A stretch of 64,000 nt of DNA from Dehalococcoidia bacterium (GTDB lineage: Bacteria; Chloroflexota; Dehalococcoidia; Lucifugimonadales; UBA3495), in assembly GCA_965221025.1 (NCBI GenBank), contig CBDCRJ010000001.1:197850-261849 (forward strand), given 5' to 3'. Shown one piece after another: positions 35,312 to 43,899 of this stretch (positions within the stretch are counted from its first letter, which is position 1; each line of letters begins with the position of its first letter). Both the position numbers and the translations under genes were made by a program. Below the pieces are notes generated by a model that saw only the letters and a program-made list of their open reading frames with translations, ran no database searches and was not told the origin of the DNA.

Positions 35312-35587
35312 ATGTCAAAGTCCATCGCAAGCAGTGTGCTGCTCGCGGGCGCGATATTCCTCGCCATACTCATGCCCGGATGTTCCGATGAGCCGACCCC
35401 TTCACCGGTGACCAAGATTCTTCCTAGCTCCACTGCCACACCTACACCCACTGCCGTACCAACACCAACGCCGACTGCCACTCTAACACCCGCGCCGACG
35501 ACGGTCGCGGTGGCGCCGGCCGTGGCCTCCATTATGAGCCGCAGACAGCCCCTCATGACAGGGCAAGGCATAGACAAATGCCTATAG
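35312..35587 (+). pseudogene. Truncated lipoprotein stub (signal peptide + PT linker only)
   Basis: MSKSIASSVLLAGAIFLAILMPGCSDEPTPSP...TTVAVAPAVAS is collinear with the 5' end of lipoprotein B up to the first Big_2 domain, then diverges and stops. A partial upstream module precedes it. Confidence 0.5.
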
Positions 35588-35590
35588 ACA
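35571..35590. promoter_or_regulatory. TAGACAAATGCCTA-TAGACA variant site
   Basis: One mismatch to the module palindrome. Lies between the stub and the histidine kinase gene. Confidence 0.4.
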
Positions 35591-35799
35591 CTATGGTTGA
35601 TACGCCCTTGCTGCCTTCTTCTCATTGGACTAAATTCTAAGCAAATAGATGAGCGCTGGACGGGTATTTCCACCTGGCCGGTTTGCCTACTTAGACCCTC
35701 TCATTTCGAGGCCGAGCCACCGCTCCGGGCAGAGGGGCATATCGCATTCCAGCCGCGATCTGCCGTAATCCAACCTGACGGAGACGAGTCCTGAATCCA

Positions 35800-37017
35800 G
35801 TGAGAACAGCGGCCCACGCGCTTCCAGCCTTCCTGCGGAGCTTCGACCTGCCGGAGCCGGGCGAGCTGCGCCGCGTGGCCAGGGTCTATGTCTGGGGACG
35901 CTGGTTCGTGTTGTCTATTGCCACCTTCGCCTGGCTGTACCCGCTCAATGTCGACGAGGTGGTGTACGCGCCGAACGTCGCCCTTGCAATCCTTCTGTTC
36001 GCCACCAACGGATACCTGCACTACCGGCTCGCCACGGAGAGGACCGTGTCCTGGCGGTGGATGCTCGCGCTGAGCGCCCTGGACCTGGCGATGCTGAGCG
36101 GCGGCGTTGCGGCCCACCGGGGGTACGAGTCCCCCTTCTTCGTGGGGTACTACCCGTCCCTCGCCATGTTCGCCGTGGTCTTCGGGTCGGTCAGGCTCAC
36201 CCTCGCCTGGGTCACGATGGCGGCGGCCGTCTACGCAGCGCTCTGCCTCGCGGTCGAGCCCGGGGTGGACTTCTCAGCCAATGACGAGGAGATACTGCTC
36301 ATAAGGGTTGCCGGGATGTACACGGTGGTGGTCGTCGTCAACCTGATCTCCAGGGTGGAGCGCATACGGAGGATGGAGGCGGTGGAGAGGGAGCGGGCGC
36401 TTCAGAGGGAGCGCATCGAGCTCTCCCACGCCATCCACAACACGATGGCCCAGTCCGCCTACCTGATCGGGGTGGGCATCGAGAGGGCGAAGGAGCTTGC
36501 CGACAGGTCGAACGAGGAGCTGATGTCCACGCTCGAAGAGACCTCGGCCCTGTCGAGGTCTGCGATGTGGGAGATGAGGCACCCGATGGAGATCGGGGAG
36601 ATCTTCGAGGGGATGGAGCTTGGCGGGGTGCTGGAGTCGCTGGCGGCGACCTTCTCGACCATCTCCTCCATACCCGCCGAGATGGTGCAGTCGGGCGTCG
36701 AGCCGCCCCTGCCAATCGCAACGCGGGGCGCGCTGTTCTCCATCGCCTTCAACGCCCTGACCAACGCGCTCCGCCACTCCCATGCGAGTCACGTCCGCGT
36801 CGGCCTGGACTTCGAGCGCGACGGCCTGCGGATGTCGATTGCCGACGACGGTACCGGCCTCCCCGACGACTACGCCACGCGCGGCCAGGGCTTCAGGAAC
36901 ATGAGGGAGGACGCCGAGCGTCTGGGCGGCAGGCTCGTCGTGGAGACGAGCGGGTCCGGGTGGAGCACCGCGGTGACCTGCGAGCTTCCCTACAGGCATA
37001 TGAGAGGAGGGAGCTGA
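35800..37017 (+). CDS. Sensor histidine kinase (HisKA_3/NarX-LiaS type), polytopic N-terminus
   Basis: About five hydrophobic segments, then RIELSHAIHNTMAQSAY (H-box), NALRHSHAS (N-box), DDGTGL and GQGFRNMREDAERLGGRL. GTG start. Confidence 0.85.
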   Translation: MRTAAHALPAFLRSFDLPEPGELRRVARVYVWGRWFVLSIATFAWLYPLNVDEVVYAPNVALAILLFATNGYLHYRLATERTVSWRWMLALSALDLAMLSGGVAAHRGYESPFFVGYYPSLAMFAVVFGSVRLTLAWVTMAAAVYAALCLAVEPGVDFSANDEEILLIRVAGMYTVVVVVNLISRVERIRRMEAVERERALQRERIELSHAIHNTMAQSAYLIGVGIERAKELADRSNEELMSTLEETSALSRSAMWEMRHPMEIGEIFEGMELGGVLESLAATFSTISSIPAEMVQSGVEPPLPIATRGALFSIAFNALTNALRHSHASHVRVGLDFERDGLRMSIADDGTGLPDDYATRGQGFRNMREDAERLGGRLVVETSGSGWSTAVTCELPYRHMRGGS

Positions 37018-37018
37018 A

Positions 37019-37684
37019 ATGGCTTCGACACCGACCAGAGTATTGCTGGTGGATGACCACCCGGTGATGCGCGACGGTCTCCAGCAGTTGCTGGAGCGGA
37101 CCGGCGAGTTCGAGGTGGTGGGACACGCCGGAGACGGCGAGGAGGCGGAGCGGGTGGCGAAGGAGGTTGTCCCGGACCTCATCATCATGGACGTGCTGAT
37201 GCCGGGCAGGGACGGGATAGATGCGTGCCGGGAGATCATAGACGCGCTGGAGGACGTCAGGGTGCTCATGCTGACCGCTTCCACCGAGAAGGACGCCGTC
37301 ATAGAGGCGGTGGCCGCCGGCGCCGACGGATACCTTCAGAAGTTCACCGGGACGGAGCAGCTGTTGGCCATGGTCAGGGACGTAGCCCGAGGCGAATACC
37401 GGATGCCGCGTGACGTGATGAGACGGGTGTTCAGGCGGCTGCGCCACCTGCCGGAGGATATCGATTCGCCACGGCGGAAGGAGCTGACATCGAGGGAGAA
37501 GGAGATACTCGCACAGTTCGCGCAGGGGATGTCGTACGCCGCCATCGCCGAGTCCAGGGGCAACCGCTCTTCGACGGTCCGCAACACCATCTACCACATA
37601 CAGGACAAGCTGGGATTCGGCAGCAAGCAGGAGATCGTCGTCTGGGCCGTGCGAAACGGGCTGGTGGACCGAGAGCTCGGCTGA
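37019..37684 (+). CDS. Response regulator, NarL/FixJ family (REC + LuxR-type HTH)
   Basis: VLLVDDHPVMRDGL, DLIIMDVLMPGRDG and LTSREKEILAQFAQGMSYAAIAESRGNRSSTVRNTIYHIQDKLG. Confidence 0.9.
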   Translation: MASTPTRVLLVDDHPVMRDGLQQLLERTGEFEVVGHAGDGEEAERVAKEVVPDLIIMDVLMPGRDGIDACREIIDALEDVRVLMLTASTEKDAVIEAVAAGADGYLQKFTGTEQLLAMVRDVARGEYRMPRDVMRRVFRRLRHLPEDIDSPRRKELTSREKEILAQFAQGMSYAAIAESRGNRSSTVRNTIYHIQDKLGFGSKQEIVVWAVRNGLVDRELG

Positions 37685-37854
37685 GTTTCTCCCGCACCAA
37701 CTCCCCATGACTCGATAGCGCCTCCACCGCCCGCCCAACGTCTCACGGCAAGGCAGACCCGCAGCGTTCGCGCCGCAATCCTCCTGCCTTGCCCCGCCGT
37801 CGGCCCGCCGGGAACCGACGGAGCAGGCCGACAGATAACGTACCTGGCATCTAC

Positions 37855-37891
37855 GAGGCCCCTGCTGTAACGGCGGGGGCCTCCGGCTTGT
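37855..37891 (+). terminator. Intrinsic-terminator-like hairpin (module E)
   Basis: gaggcccc...ggggcctc followed by cggcttgtt. Lies 170 nt downstream of the response regulator stop. Confidence 0.45.
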
Positions 37892-38070
37892 TCCAGACCG
37901 CCGCAGCGATTCCGACAGTCATTCCCACGTCCCGCGCGCTCCCGGCCATTTCCCGGCCTTCAGCCAATGGGAGTCCCGTTGAGCGTCCACGCCGCTTCCT
38001 GAACACGCTGGGCTGAGACCTGCCGCGACATGGGCATAGGCCCCTGAGGGCATTTGCCTACGAATCTCTA

Positions 38071-38116
38071 TAGACAAATGTCTAGATAAATGCCTAGAGC
38101 AAAATAGACATTTGCT
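38071..38116. promoter_or_regulatory. TAGACAAATGTCTA palindrome region (module E)
   Basis: tagacaaatgtcta at 38071-38084. agcaaa-atagaca-tttgct at 38098-38116 keeps the inverted repeat through paired changes relative to module A (gtgcaaa/tttgcac). Confidence 0.55.
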
Positions 38117-38402
38117 CCTTATATCCGGCTTGGAGGCTCGCTACGATTTATGTTGACGATGGCTGCTTTTCGGGCGGCAAGCCTTGTCATGGGCCACGAA
38201 AAATCCAGGCAAGCATGCGACGTTAGGAAAGAGGAGCAATGACCCGCACCGGTAGACGAGGAAGGCCAATCCTCGACGGAGCAGAGACGGCGGTCGCAGC
38301 GGCCCGTGTTGCCGTTAGCTCCGCGGCCCGGTCCGCTTTCCGTTACATGACAAGGTCAAGTGATGAGGAGCCAACAAGCATCAAGTTAGGGAAGTTAAGG
38401 AC

Positions 38403-40529
38403 GTGAAAGCAATGTCGAAGTCAATCATTGGTCTGGTGCTGAGCATCGCGGTTCTCGCCATCCTGCTAACCGGGTGTTCCGATGAGGCAGATCCCAATCC
38501 TTCGAACGGGACCGATTCTAGCACCACTACCTCATCGGAGCAGGGGGGCAATCCTGAGCCAACACATGCTCCCACATCGGCTGTGACAAACACCGCCGCA
38601 CCGGAAGCGGCAACTCCCACACCTGCCGCTCTCCCGACCGCCACGGCAACGCCCGCAGCCACGGCGACTGCCGCCGCACCGGAAGCGGCAACTCCCACAC
38701 CTGCCGCTCTCCCGACCGCCACTGCAACGCCCACAGCCACAGCGACTTCCGCCGCACCGGAAGCGGCAACTCCCACACCTGCCGCTCTCCCGACCGCCAC
38801 GGCAACGCCCGCAGCCACGGCGACTGCCGCCGCACCGGAAGCGGCAACTCCCACACCTGCCGCTCTCCCGACCGCCACTGCAACGCCCACAGCCACAGCG
38901 ACTTCCGCCGCACCAAAGACGAGGTCCGCCGAGGAATTCGCCTCGATCAGCGCCGGAAGGCTCCACACCTGCGGGATGAGGACCGACGGCTCCGTCGCCT
39001 GCTGGGGCGATGATGATGATGGCCAGGCCACGCCGCCGTCGGGAGAGTTCGCCTCGGTCAGTGCCGGGGGCTGGCACACCTGCGGGGTGAGGACCGACGG
39101 CTCCGTCGCCTGCTGGGGCCCTGACGGTCATGGCCAGGCCACGCCGCCGTCCGGGGAGTTCGCCTCGGTCAGCGCCGGATGGTTCCACACCTGCGGGGTG
39201 ATGATAGACGGCGCCGTCGAATGCTGGGGACTCAACGAGGATGGCCAGGCCACGCCGCCGTCCGGGGAGTTCGCCTCGGTCAGCGCCGGGGGGCGCCACA
39301 CCTGCGGGGTGAGGGCCGACGGCTCCGTCGAGTGTTGGGGCTCCAACATGGACAATATACAGGGCGGTGTTCTTGGTCAGGCCACGCCGCCGTCCGGGGA
39401 GTTCGCCTCGGTCAGCGCCGGATGGTTCCACACCTGCGGGGTGATGATAGACGGCGCCGTCGAATGCTGGGGACTCAACGAGGATGGCCAGGCCACGCCG
39501 CCGTCCGGGGAGTTCGCCTCGGTCAGCGCCGGGTATTGGCACACCTGCGGGGTGAGGCCCGACGGCGCCGTCGAATGCTGGGGCTTCAACGAGGATGAGG
39601 ACGGCAATGTTCTTGGTCAGGCCACGCCGCCGTCCGGGGAGTTCGCGTCGGTCAGCGCCGGAGGGGGCCACACCTGCGGGGTGAGGCCCGACGGCGCCGT
39701 CGAGTGCTGGGGCTATGATGACTATGGCCAGGCCACGCCGCCGTCCGGGGAGTTCGCGTCGGTCAGCGCCGGGGGCCGGCACACCTGCGGGGTGAGGACC
39801 GACGGCTCCGTCGCCTGCTGGGGATTCAACGAGGATGGCCAGGCCACCCCGCCGTCCGGAGAGTTCGCCTCGGTCAGCGCCGGAGGGGGCCACACTTGCG
39901 GCGTGAGGCGCGATAGCTCCGTAGCCTGTTGGGGCAGCGATAGGTTGGGCCAGGCCACGCCGCCGTCGGGAGAGTTCGCCTCGGTCAGCGCCGGAGAAAG
40001 GGCCCACGCTTGCGGCGTGAGGCGCGATAGCTCCGTAGCCTGTTGGGGCAATGATGATTATGGCCAGGCCACGCCGCCGTCGGGAGAGTTCGCCTCGGTC
40101 AGCGCCGGGGCGGTCCACACCTGCGGGGTGAGGACCGACGGCTCCGTCGCCTGCTGGGGATTCAACCGGGATGGCCAGGCCACCCCGCCGTCCGGGGAGT
40201 TCGCCTCGGTCAGCGCCGGAGGGACCCACACCTGCGGGGTGAGGACCGACGGAGCGGTCGTATGCTGGGGTAATGATGGCCGTGGCCAGGCCACGCCGCC
40301 GTCCGGGGAGTTCGCCTCGGTCAGCGCCGGGAGCACATACACCTGCGGGGTGAGGCGGGACGGCTCTGTAGCCTGCTGGGGCTATGATGATGATGGCCGG
40401 GCCACGCCGCCGTCGGGAGAGTTCGCCTCGGTCAGCGCCGGGTCTGGCCACACCTGCGGAGTGAAGGCCGACGGCGGCGTGGTCTGCTGGGGACGACAGG
40501 CCCGCGGGTTGACCGCACCTGCGGAGTGA
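38403..40529 (+). CDS. Lipoprotein E with 14 RCC1-like blades
   Basis: Signal peptide almost identical to A ([25 protein letters not shown]). A 4 x 78-bp PT/AT repeat lies at 38595-38906. 14 HTCGV...CWG blades. Ends CWGRQARGLTAPAE*. Confidence 0.85.
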   Translation: MKAMSKSIIGLVLSIAVLAILLTGCSDEADPNPSNGTDSSTTTSSEQGGNPEPTHAPTSAVTNTAAPEAATPTPAALPTATATPAATATAAAPEAATPTPAALPTATATPTATATSAAPEAATPTPAALPTATATPAATATAAAPEAATPTPAALPTATATPTATATSAAPKTRSAEEFASISAGRLHTCGMRTDGSVACWGDDDDGQATPPSGEFASVSAGGWHTCGVRTDGSVACWGPDGHGQATPPSGEFASVSAGWFHTCGVMIDGAVECWGLNEDGQATPPSGEFASVSAGGRHTCGVRADGSVECWGSNMDNIQGGVLGQATPPSGEFASVSAGWFHTCGVMIDGAVECWGLNEDGQATPPSGEFASVSAGYWHTCGVRPDGAVECWGFNEDEDGNVLGQATPPSGEFASVSAGGGHTCGVRPDGAVECWGYDDYGQATPPSGEFASVSAGGRHTCGVRTDGSVACWGFNEDGQATPPSGEFASVSAGGGHTCGVRRDSSVACWGSDRLGQATPPSGEFASVSAGERAHACGVRRDSSVACWGNDDYGQATPPSGEFASVSAGAVHTCGVRTDGSVACWGFNRDGQATPPSGEFASVSAGGTHTCGVRTDGAVVCWGNDGRGQATPPSGEFASVSAGSTYTCGVRRDGSVACWGYDDDGRATPPSGEFASVSAGSGHTCGVKADGGVVCWGRQARGLTAPAE
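38595..38906 (+). repeat. Four tandem 78-bp units (two alternating variants) in the linker of lipoprotein E
   Basis: gccgcaccggaagcggcaactcccacacctgccgctctcccgaccgcc... repeats with period 78. Confidence 0.85.
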
Positions 40530-41137
40530 AGGCCGAAGCAGTGCAAGTAGAGTTCATTTCGGTCAGCGCCGGGTGGCTCCACACCTGCGGGGTGAGGACC
40601 GACGGCTCCATAGCCTGCTGGGGCAGTGATTTCGGCGGCCTGGCCCGGCCGCCGTCCGGAGAGTTCGCCTCGGTCAGCGCCGGCGAGGAGCACACCTGCG
40701 GGGTGATGATAGACGGCGCCGTCGAATGCTGGGGTGATGATGAATACGGCAAGGCCACGCCGCCGTCCGGGGAGTTCGCCTCCGTCAGCGCCGGATACAG
40801 CCACACCTGCGGGGTGAGGACCGACGGCTCCGTCCAATGCTGGGGCTCCAACAAGGATTGGAGGGACGATGTTGTTGGTCAAGCCACGCCACCGTCGGGG
40901 GAGTTCGCCTCCGTCAGCGCCAGCGAAGAGCACACCTGCGGGGTGAGGACCGACGGCTCAGTAGAATGCTGGGGCAACAACCGTGATGGGCGGGGCATTT
41001 TTGTTGGCCAGGCCACGCCGCCGTCTGGGGAGTTCGCCTCGGTCAGTGTCGGGGTCAGACACACCTGCGGGGTAAGGACCGACGGCGTCGTCGAATGCTG
41101 GGGCAGTGATGGGTATGGCCAAGCCACGCCGCCCTAA
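40526..41137 (+). CDS. RCC1-like repeat protein (5 blades, no signal peptide); possibly the frameshifted continuation of gene E
   Basis: GTG 40526 overlaps the TGA of gene E (GTGA). A 20-nt duplication at the junction changes frame. Ends GQATPP* like gene C. Confidence 0.6.
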   Translation: MKAEAVQVEFISVSAGWLHTCGVRTDGSIACWGSDFGGLARPPSGEFASVSAGEEHTCGVMIDGAVECWGDDEYGKATPPSGEFASVSAGYSHTCGVRTDGSVQCWGSNKDWRDDVVGQATPPSGEFASVSASEEHTCGVRTDGSVECWGNNRDGRGIFVGQATPPSGEFASVSVGVRHTCGVRTDGVVECWGSDGYGQATPP

Positions 41138-41472
41138 AAGAGGAGGCCGGAGGTCTACTCTCCAATGATAGCGACGCAGGACACTCTTAGCCATCCGCGG
41201 CAGGAGTCGAGGACAACTACTTCTGGCTGGTCGAGCACGACGGGCTGGTGTTCGGCTCCGGCTGGCACCCTGACGAGTCGGGGAGCTAATCTCGCAAGGG
41301 CTTCAAACAGCTCTTCCGACAACGAAAAAGCCCCGCAGAGATGGGCAGACGTACGGCGGGAGCGCCAGTCCCCCCCGCGTGCTACGCCGCAACGCCCATC
41401 GGCCCTGGCCCTTGCCAAACGGACAACCCTGGTCAGGCTCAGCCTGTGACACCATGCTGGTAGTCTCAACAC

Positions 41473-43185
41473 ATGGCAATCTCAGAACGACAGCTGCTCG
41501 ACGCCCTCAGCCGGACGCCGTTCATCGACTCGGCGGAGCTGGCACGCATCCTGGGCGAGGCCCACGCGACCGTTCACCGAGCCCTGGCCGACCTGCTGGC
41601 AGATGGTATCGTCGGCAGGGTCAGCCACGGCACCGCACACCTGGCGTCGAGCCAGAGATACCACCTGACCGTCAACGGCATTCGCGAGACTGCCGGGTTT
41701 CTCGGCTTCGAGGCCCCCTCGGACTTCGTGCGGGCCTACCCCGCGTCCAGGGAGTGGCTGACGCTGCTCATCCGCAGGATGGACGCGGTGGCCGCCGTCT
41801 ACCGTCTCGCCGCGTCACTCTCCCCCGGCATCGACGGGCTCCGGTCGCACGTGGAGTTCCACCGCAGGGGGCGGTTCGACGCCACCATCACGCTCCACGA
41901 CGACCGCAGCTTCGGCGTGGTGCGCCAGGGCCTGGCCCTGCGTCGCCGGTCTCTCTACGACCGGTTGAGGGCCATAGCGCAGTACAGCCACGGGCGGCGT
42001 CCCGGCGCCGTCCTGATCCTTGTGCCCAGCGCATGGGAGCTTCGGCGGACGGCGAGGTTCTGCATCAACAACGACCTCCGTGACTGCTACGTTGCCGTGG
42101 AGTCCAGGGACGCCCTCGAAAGACGGGACCTGCGCATCTGGTGCGAACCCACGGGGCTGTTCGGACTCACGGACTACACGCTGGAGACGGTGAGCGCCTA
42201 CGCCAGCCGCGGCGGAGGGCCTGGAGCCCAGTCGCCGGAGCGGAAGCGTGCGTCGCTGCCCCGTCCCGAGCGCATGGCGCAGTCTGCGCCGGCCTTCGGC
42301 GTCAGCCTGTCGGAGAAGCGGACGCTGGACCTCATCACCGACCACCCGATGATCCCCCGTGAGCACCTGGCCGCCTGGCTCGGCGTCTCCGAGGGACGGG
42401 TCAGCCAGATGATGCGCAGCCTCGTCGATACCTGGGGCCTGGTCGAACAGAGAGGAAAGCGCGGAGCCGTTCGCTACACCCTGTCCGCCGAGGGCATTCG
42501 CTACGTCACCCACAGGGACCGCGCCCAACTCCCCACCACGCAGGGCATATGGAGCACGGCACTCACCACCGACAAACAGGGCCGCAGGCGTCACGTGGGC
42601 CACCGCATCGAGACGTGGGCGAGGCAGACGAAGCACGCCGACGGCATCACCTGGTTCCTGTCTCAGCTTCAGGCCGAGGCCAGGGCCGACCCCGACAGCG
42701 AGCTAGTGTGGTCCGTCCCCACCGCCCGGTCCGACCGAACCTACAACTGGGGCGATTCCGCCATCGCACCCGACGCCGTGGGGCAGATGACCGCCCAGGG
42801 CCTTCGGATATCCTTCTACTTCGAGCACGAGCTTCGCGCCCGCCACCCCAGGGGAGTCATTGCCCGTCTGAGTCCATACGAGGACTACTACTGGTCGCCC
42901 GAGCATAAGGACGACCAGCCGCCGTACCCCGTCACCCTGTTCGTCGTGGACACCGAGGAGGTCGAGGACACCTACGTGCGCACCGCCGCCCACATGAGCC
43001 GGATGTCGCTGCCCATCTTCGTGTCGTGCATACCCGCTCTGTCCACCGCAGGAATACTCGGAAAGTCATGGCGTCCACTGTGGGAACCGGAGTCTCCCCG
43101 ACTGCCCCTGTCCGCCCTTGCCAACTACCAGTGGGACAGTCTCTACCACCGGATGCGTCACCGTCCTGTAAGGGGGAATAGATAG
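41473..43185 (+). CDS. Tandem winged-helix protein, replication-relaxation (Replic_Relax)-like
   Basis: Two wHTH segments (LLDALSRTPFIDSAELARILGEAHATVHRALADLLADGIV and RTLDLITDHPMIPREHLAAWLGVSEGRVSQMMRSLVDTWGLV), each followed by a conserved-looking core (IAPDAVGQMT...ISFYFEHE). The family assignment is from memory of the motif pattern only. Confidence 0.5.
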   Translation: MAISERQLLDALSRTPFIDSAELARILGEAHATVHRALADLLADGIVGRVSHGTAHLASSQRYHLTVNGIRETAGFLGFEAPSDFVRAYPASREWLTLLIRRMDAVAAVYRLAASLSPGIDGLRSHVEFHRRGRFDATITLHDDRSFGVVRQGLALRRRSLYDRLRAIAQYSHGRRPGAVLILVPSAWELRRTARFCINNDLRDCYVAVESRDALERRDLRIWCEPTGLFGLTDYTLETVSAYASRGGGPGAQSPERKRASLPRPERMAQSAPAFGVSLSEKRTLDLITDHPMIPREHLAAWLGVSEGRVSQMMRSLVDTWGLVEQRGKRGAVRYTLSAEGIRYVTHRDRAQLPTTQGIWSTALTTDKQGRRRHVGHRIETWARQTKHADGITWFLSQLQAEARADPDSELVWSVPTARSDRTYNWGDSAIAPDAVGQMTAQGLRISFYFEHELRARHPRGVIARLSPYEDYYWSPEHKDDQPPYPVTLFVVDTEEVEDTYVRTAAHMSRMSLPIFVSCIPALSTAGILGKSWRPLWEPESPRLPLSALANYQWDSLYHRMRHRPVRGNR

Positions 43186-43428
43186 GGCCGATACGTCCCT
43201 ATCTGCCCTCCATGCTGGATGGGGGGTACAAAATGGCATCAGCGGCCCGATGTCCGGGGTCCACCGACCCCCAAATCACCCTGTTTTAGCTACGAAACGA
43301 GGGTGACGTGTCGTCTGACCGGTCAGGGTACAAAATGGGATGCCATGCTAAAATAGCTGGCGAGTCTGATGACAACTTGATTGCACTTTGGGAACCCTGA
43401 CGTGTCAGCCGATAGGGAGGGAGAAACG

Positions 43429-43890
43429 ATGGATGAGCACGTCCGCTGGGTGACGAAGGCGGAGGCTGCGGAGGAGCTGGAGGTCTCCCTCTCGACCCTG
43501 GACCGGAAGATCAGGCAGGGAGAGGTGGAGGTCCGCAGGGAGGGCCGCCGGGTGTTCGTGCGGATGGCGGGGGAGTACATCACCGACGAGGAGTTGCTGC
43601 GCCGGGCCGTCGCCAGGGAGCATGAGCTTGAGCGGACCGTGCGGGAGTTGGAGCAGAGCGTATCCGAGTTGAACATTCGGGCATCCGAGTTGGAGCGGGA
43701 GCGAGACGAGGCCAGGGAGGCCGCAGCCACCGCCAGAGGGCCGTATGTGAAGCTTGAGATGGCGCACCGGCAGGAGGTCTCCGACCACAAGGTGACGAAG
43801 GGCGTGCTCAACGTCGTCCACGCGATCGCCCTGGTGCTGCTCGTGCTGTTGATCGGCAGCGTTCTCCTGTGGTGGTTTGTGCTGAGGTAG
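43429..43890 (+). CDS. HTH (excisionase/MerR-like) protein with coiled coil and C-terminal TM helix
   Basis: ATG 43429 follows GGGAGGGAG. VTKAEAAEELEVSLSTLDRKIRQGEV is HTH-like, followed by an ELERTVRELEQSVSELN coiled coil. The C-terminal segment VVHAIALVLLVLLIGSVLLWWFVL is hydrophobic. Confidence 0.65.
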   Translation: MDEHVRWVTKAEAAEELEVSLSTLDRKIRQGEVEVRREGRRVFVRMAGEYITDEELLRRAVAREHELERTVRELEQSVSELNIRASELERERDEAREAAATARGPYVKLEMAHRQEVSDHKVTKGVLNVVHAIALVLLVLLIGSVLLWWFVLR

Positions 43891-43899
43891 AGGAAGCGC

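Larger units (their letters stand above)
37725..38402 (+). repeat. Conserved upstream module, copy E (degenerate DR4 at its 5' end)
   Basis: caccgcccgcccaacgtctcacgg (37725-37748) is a decayed match to the tRNA-Val 3' end. From about 37790 onward it is collinear with modules A and C. Confidence 0.7.

Noticed and set aside
36274-37738. Long minus-strand ORFs (342 and 281 aa) antisense to the histidine kinase and response regulator.
   Set aside because: The sense strand encodes canonical HisKA_3/HATPase and REC/LuxR motifs. The antisense products are R/P/G-rich.
24158-41137. A diversity-generating retroelement or invertase-driven phase variation as the mechanism behind the lipoprotein variation.
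   Set aside because: The array contains no reverse transcriptase, no template/variable repeat pair with A-specific mismatches, no invertible segment flanked by inverted repeats and no small invertase. Only homologous or illegitimate recombination footprints are visible.
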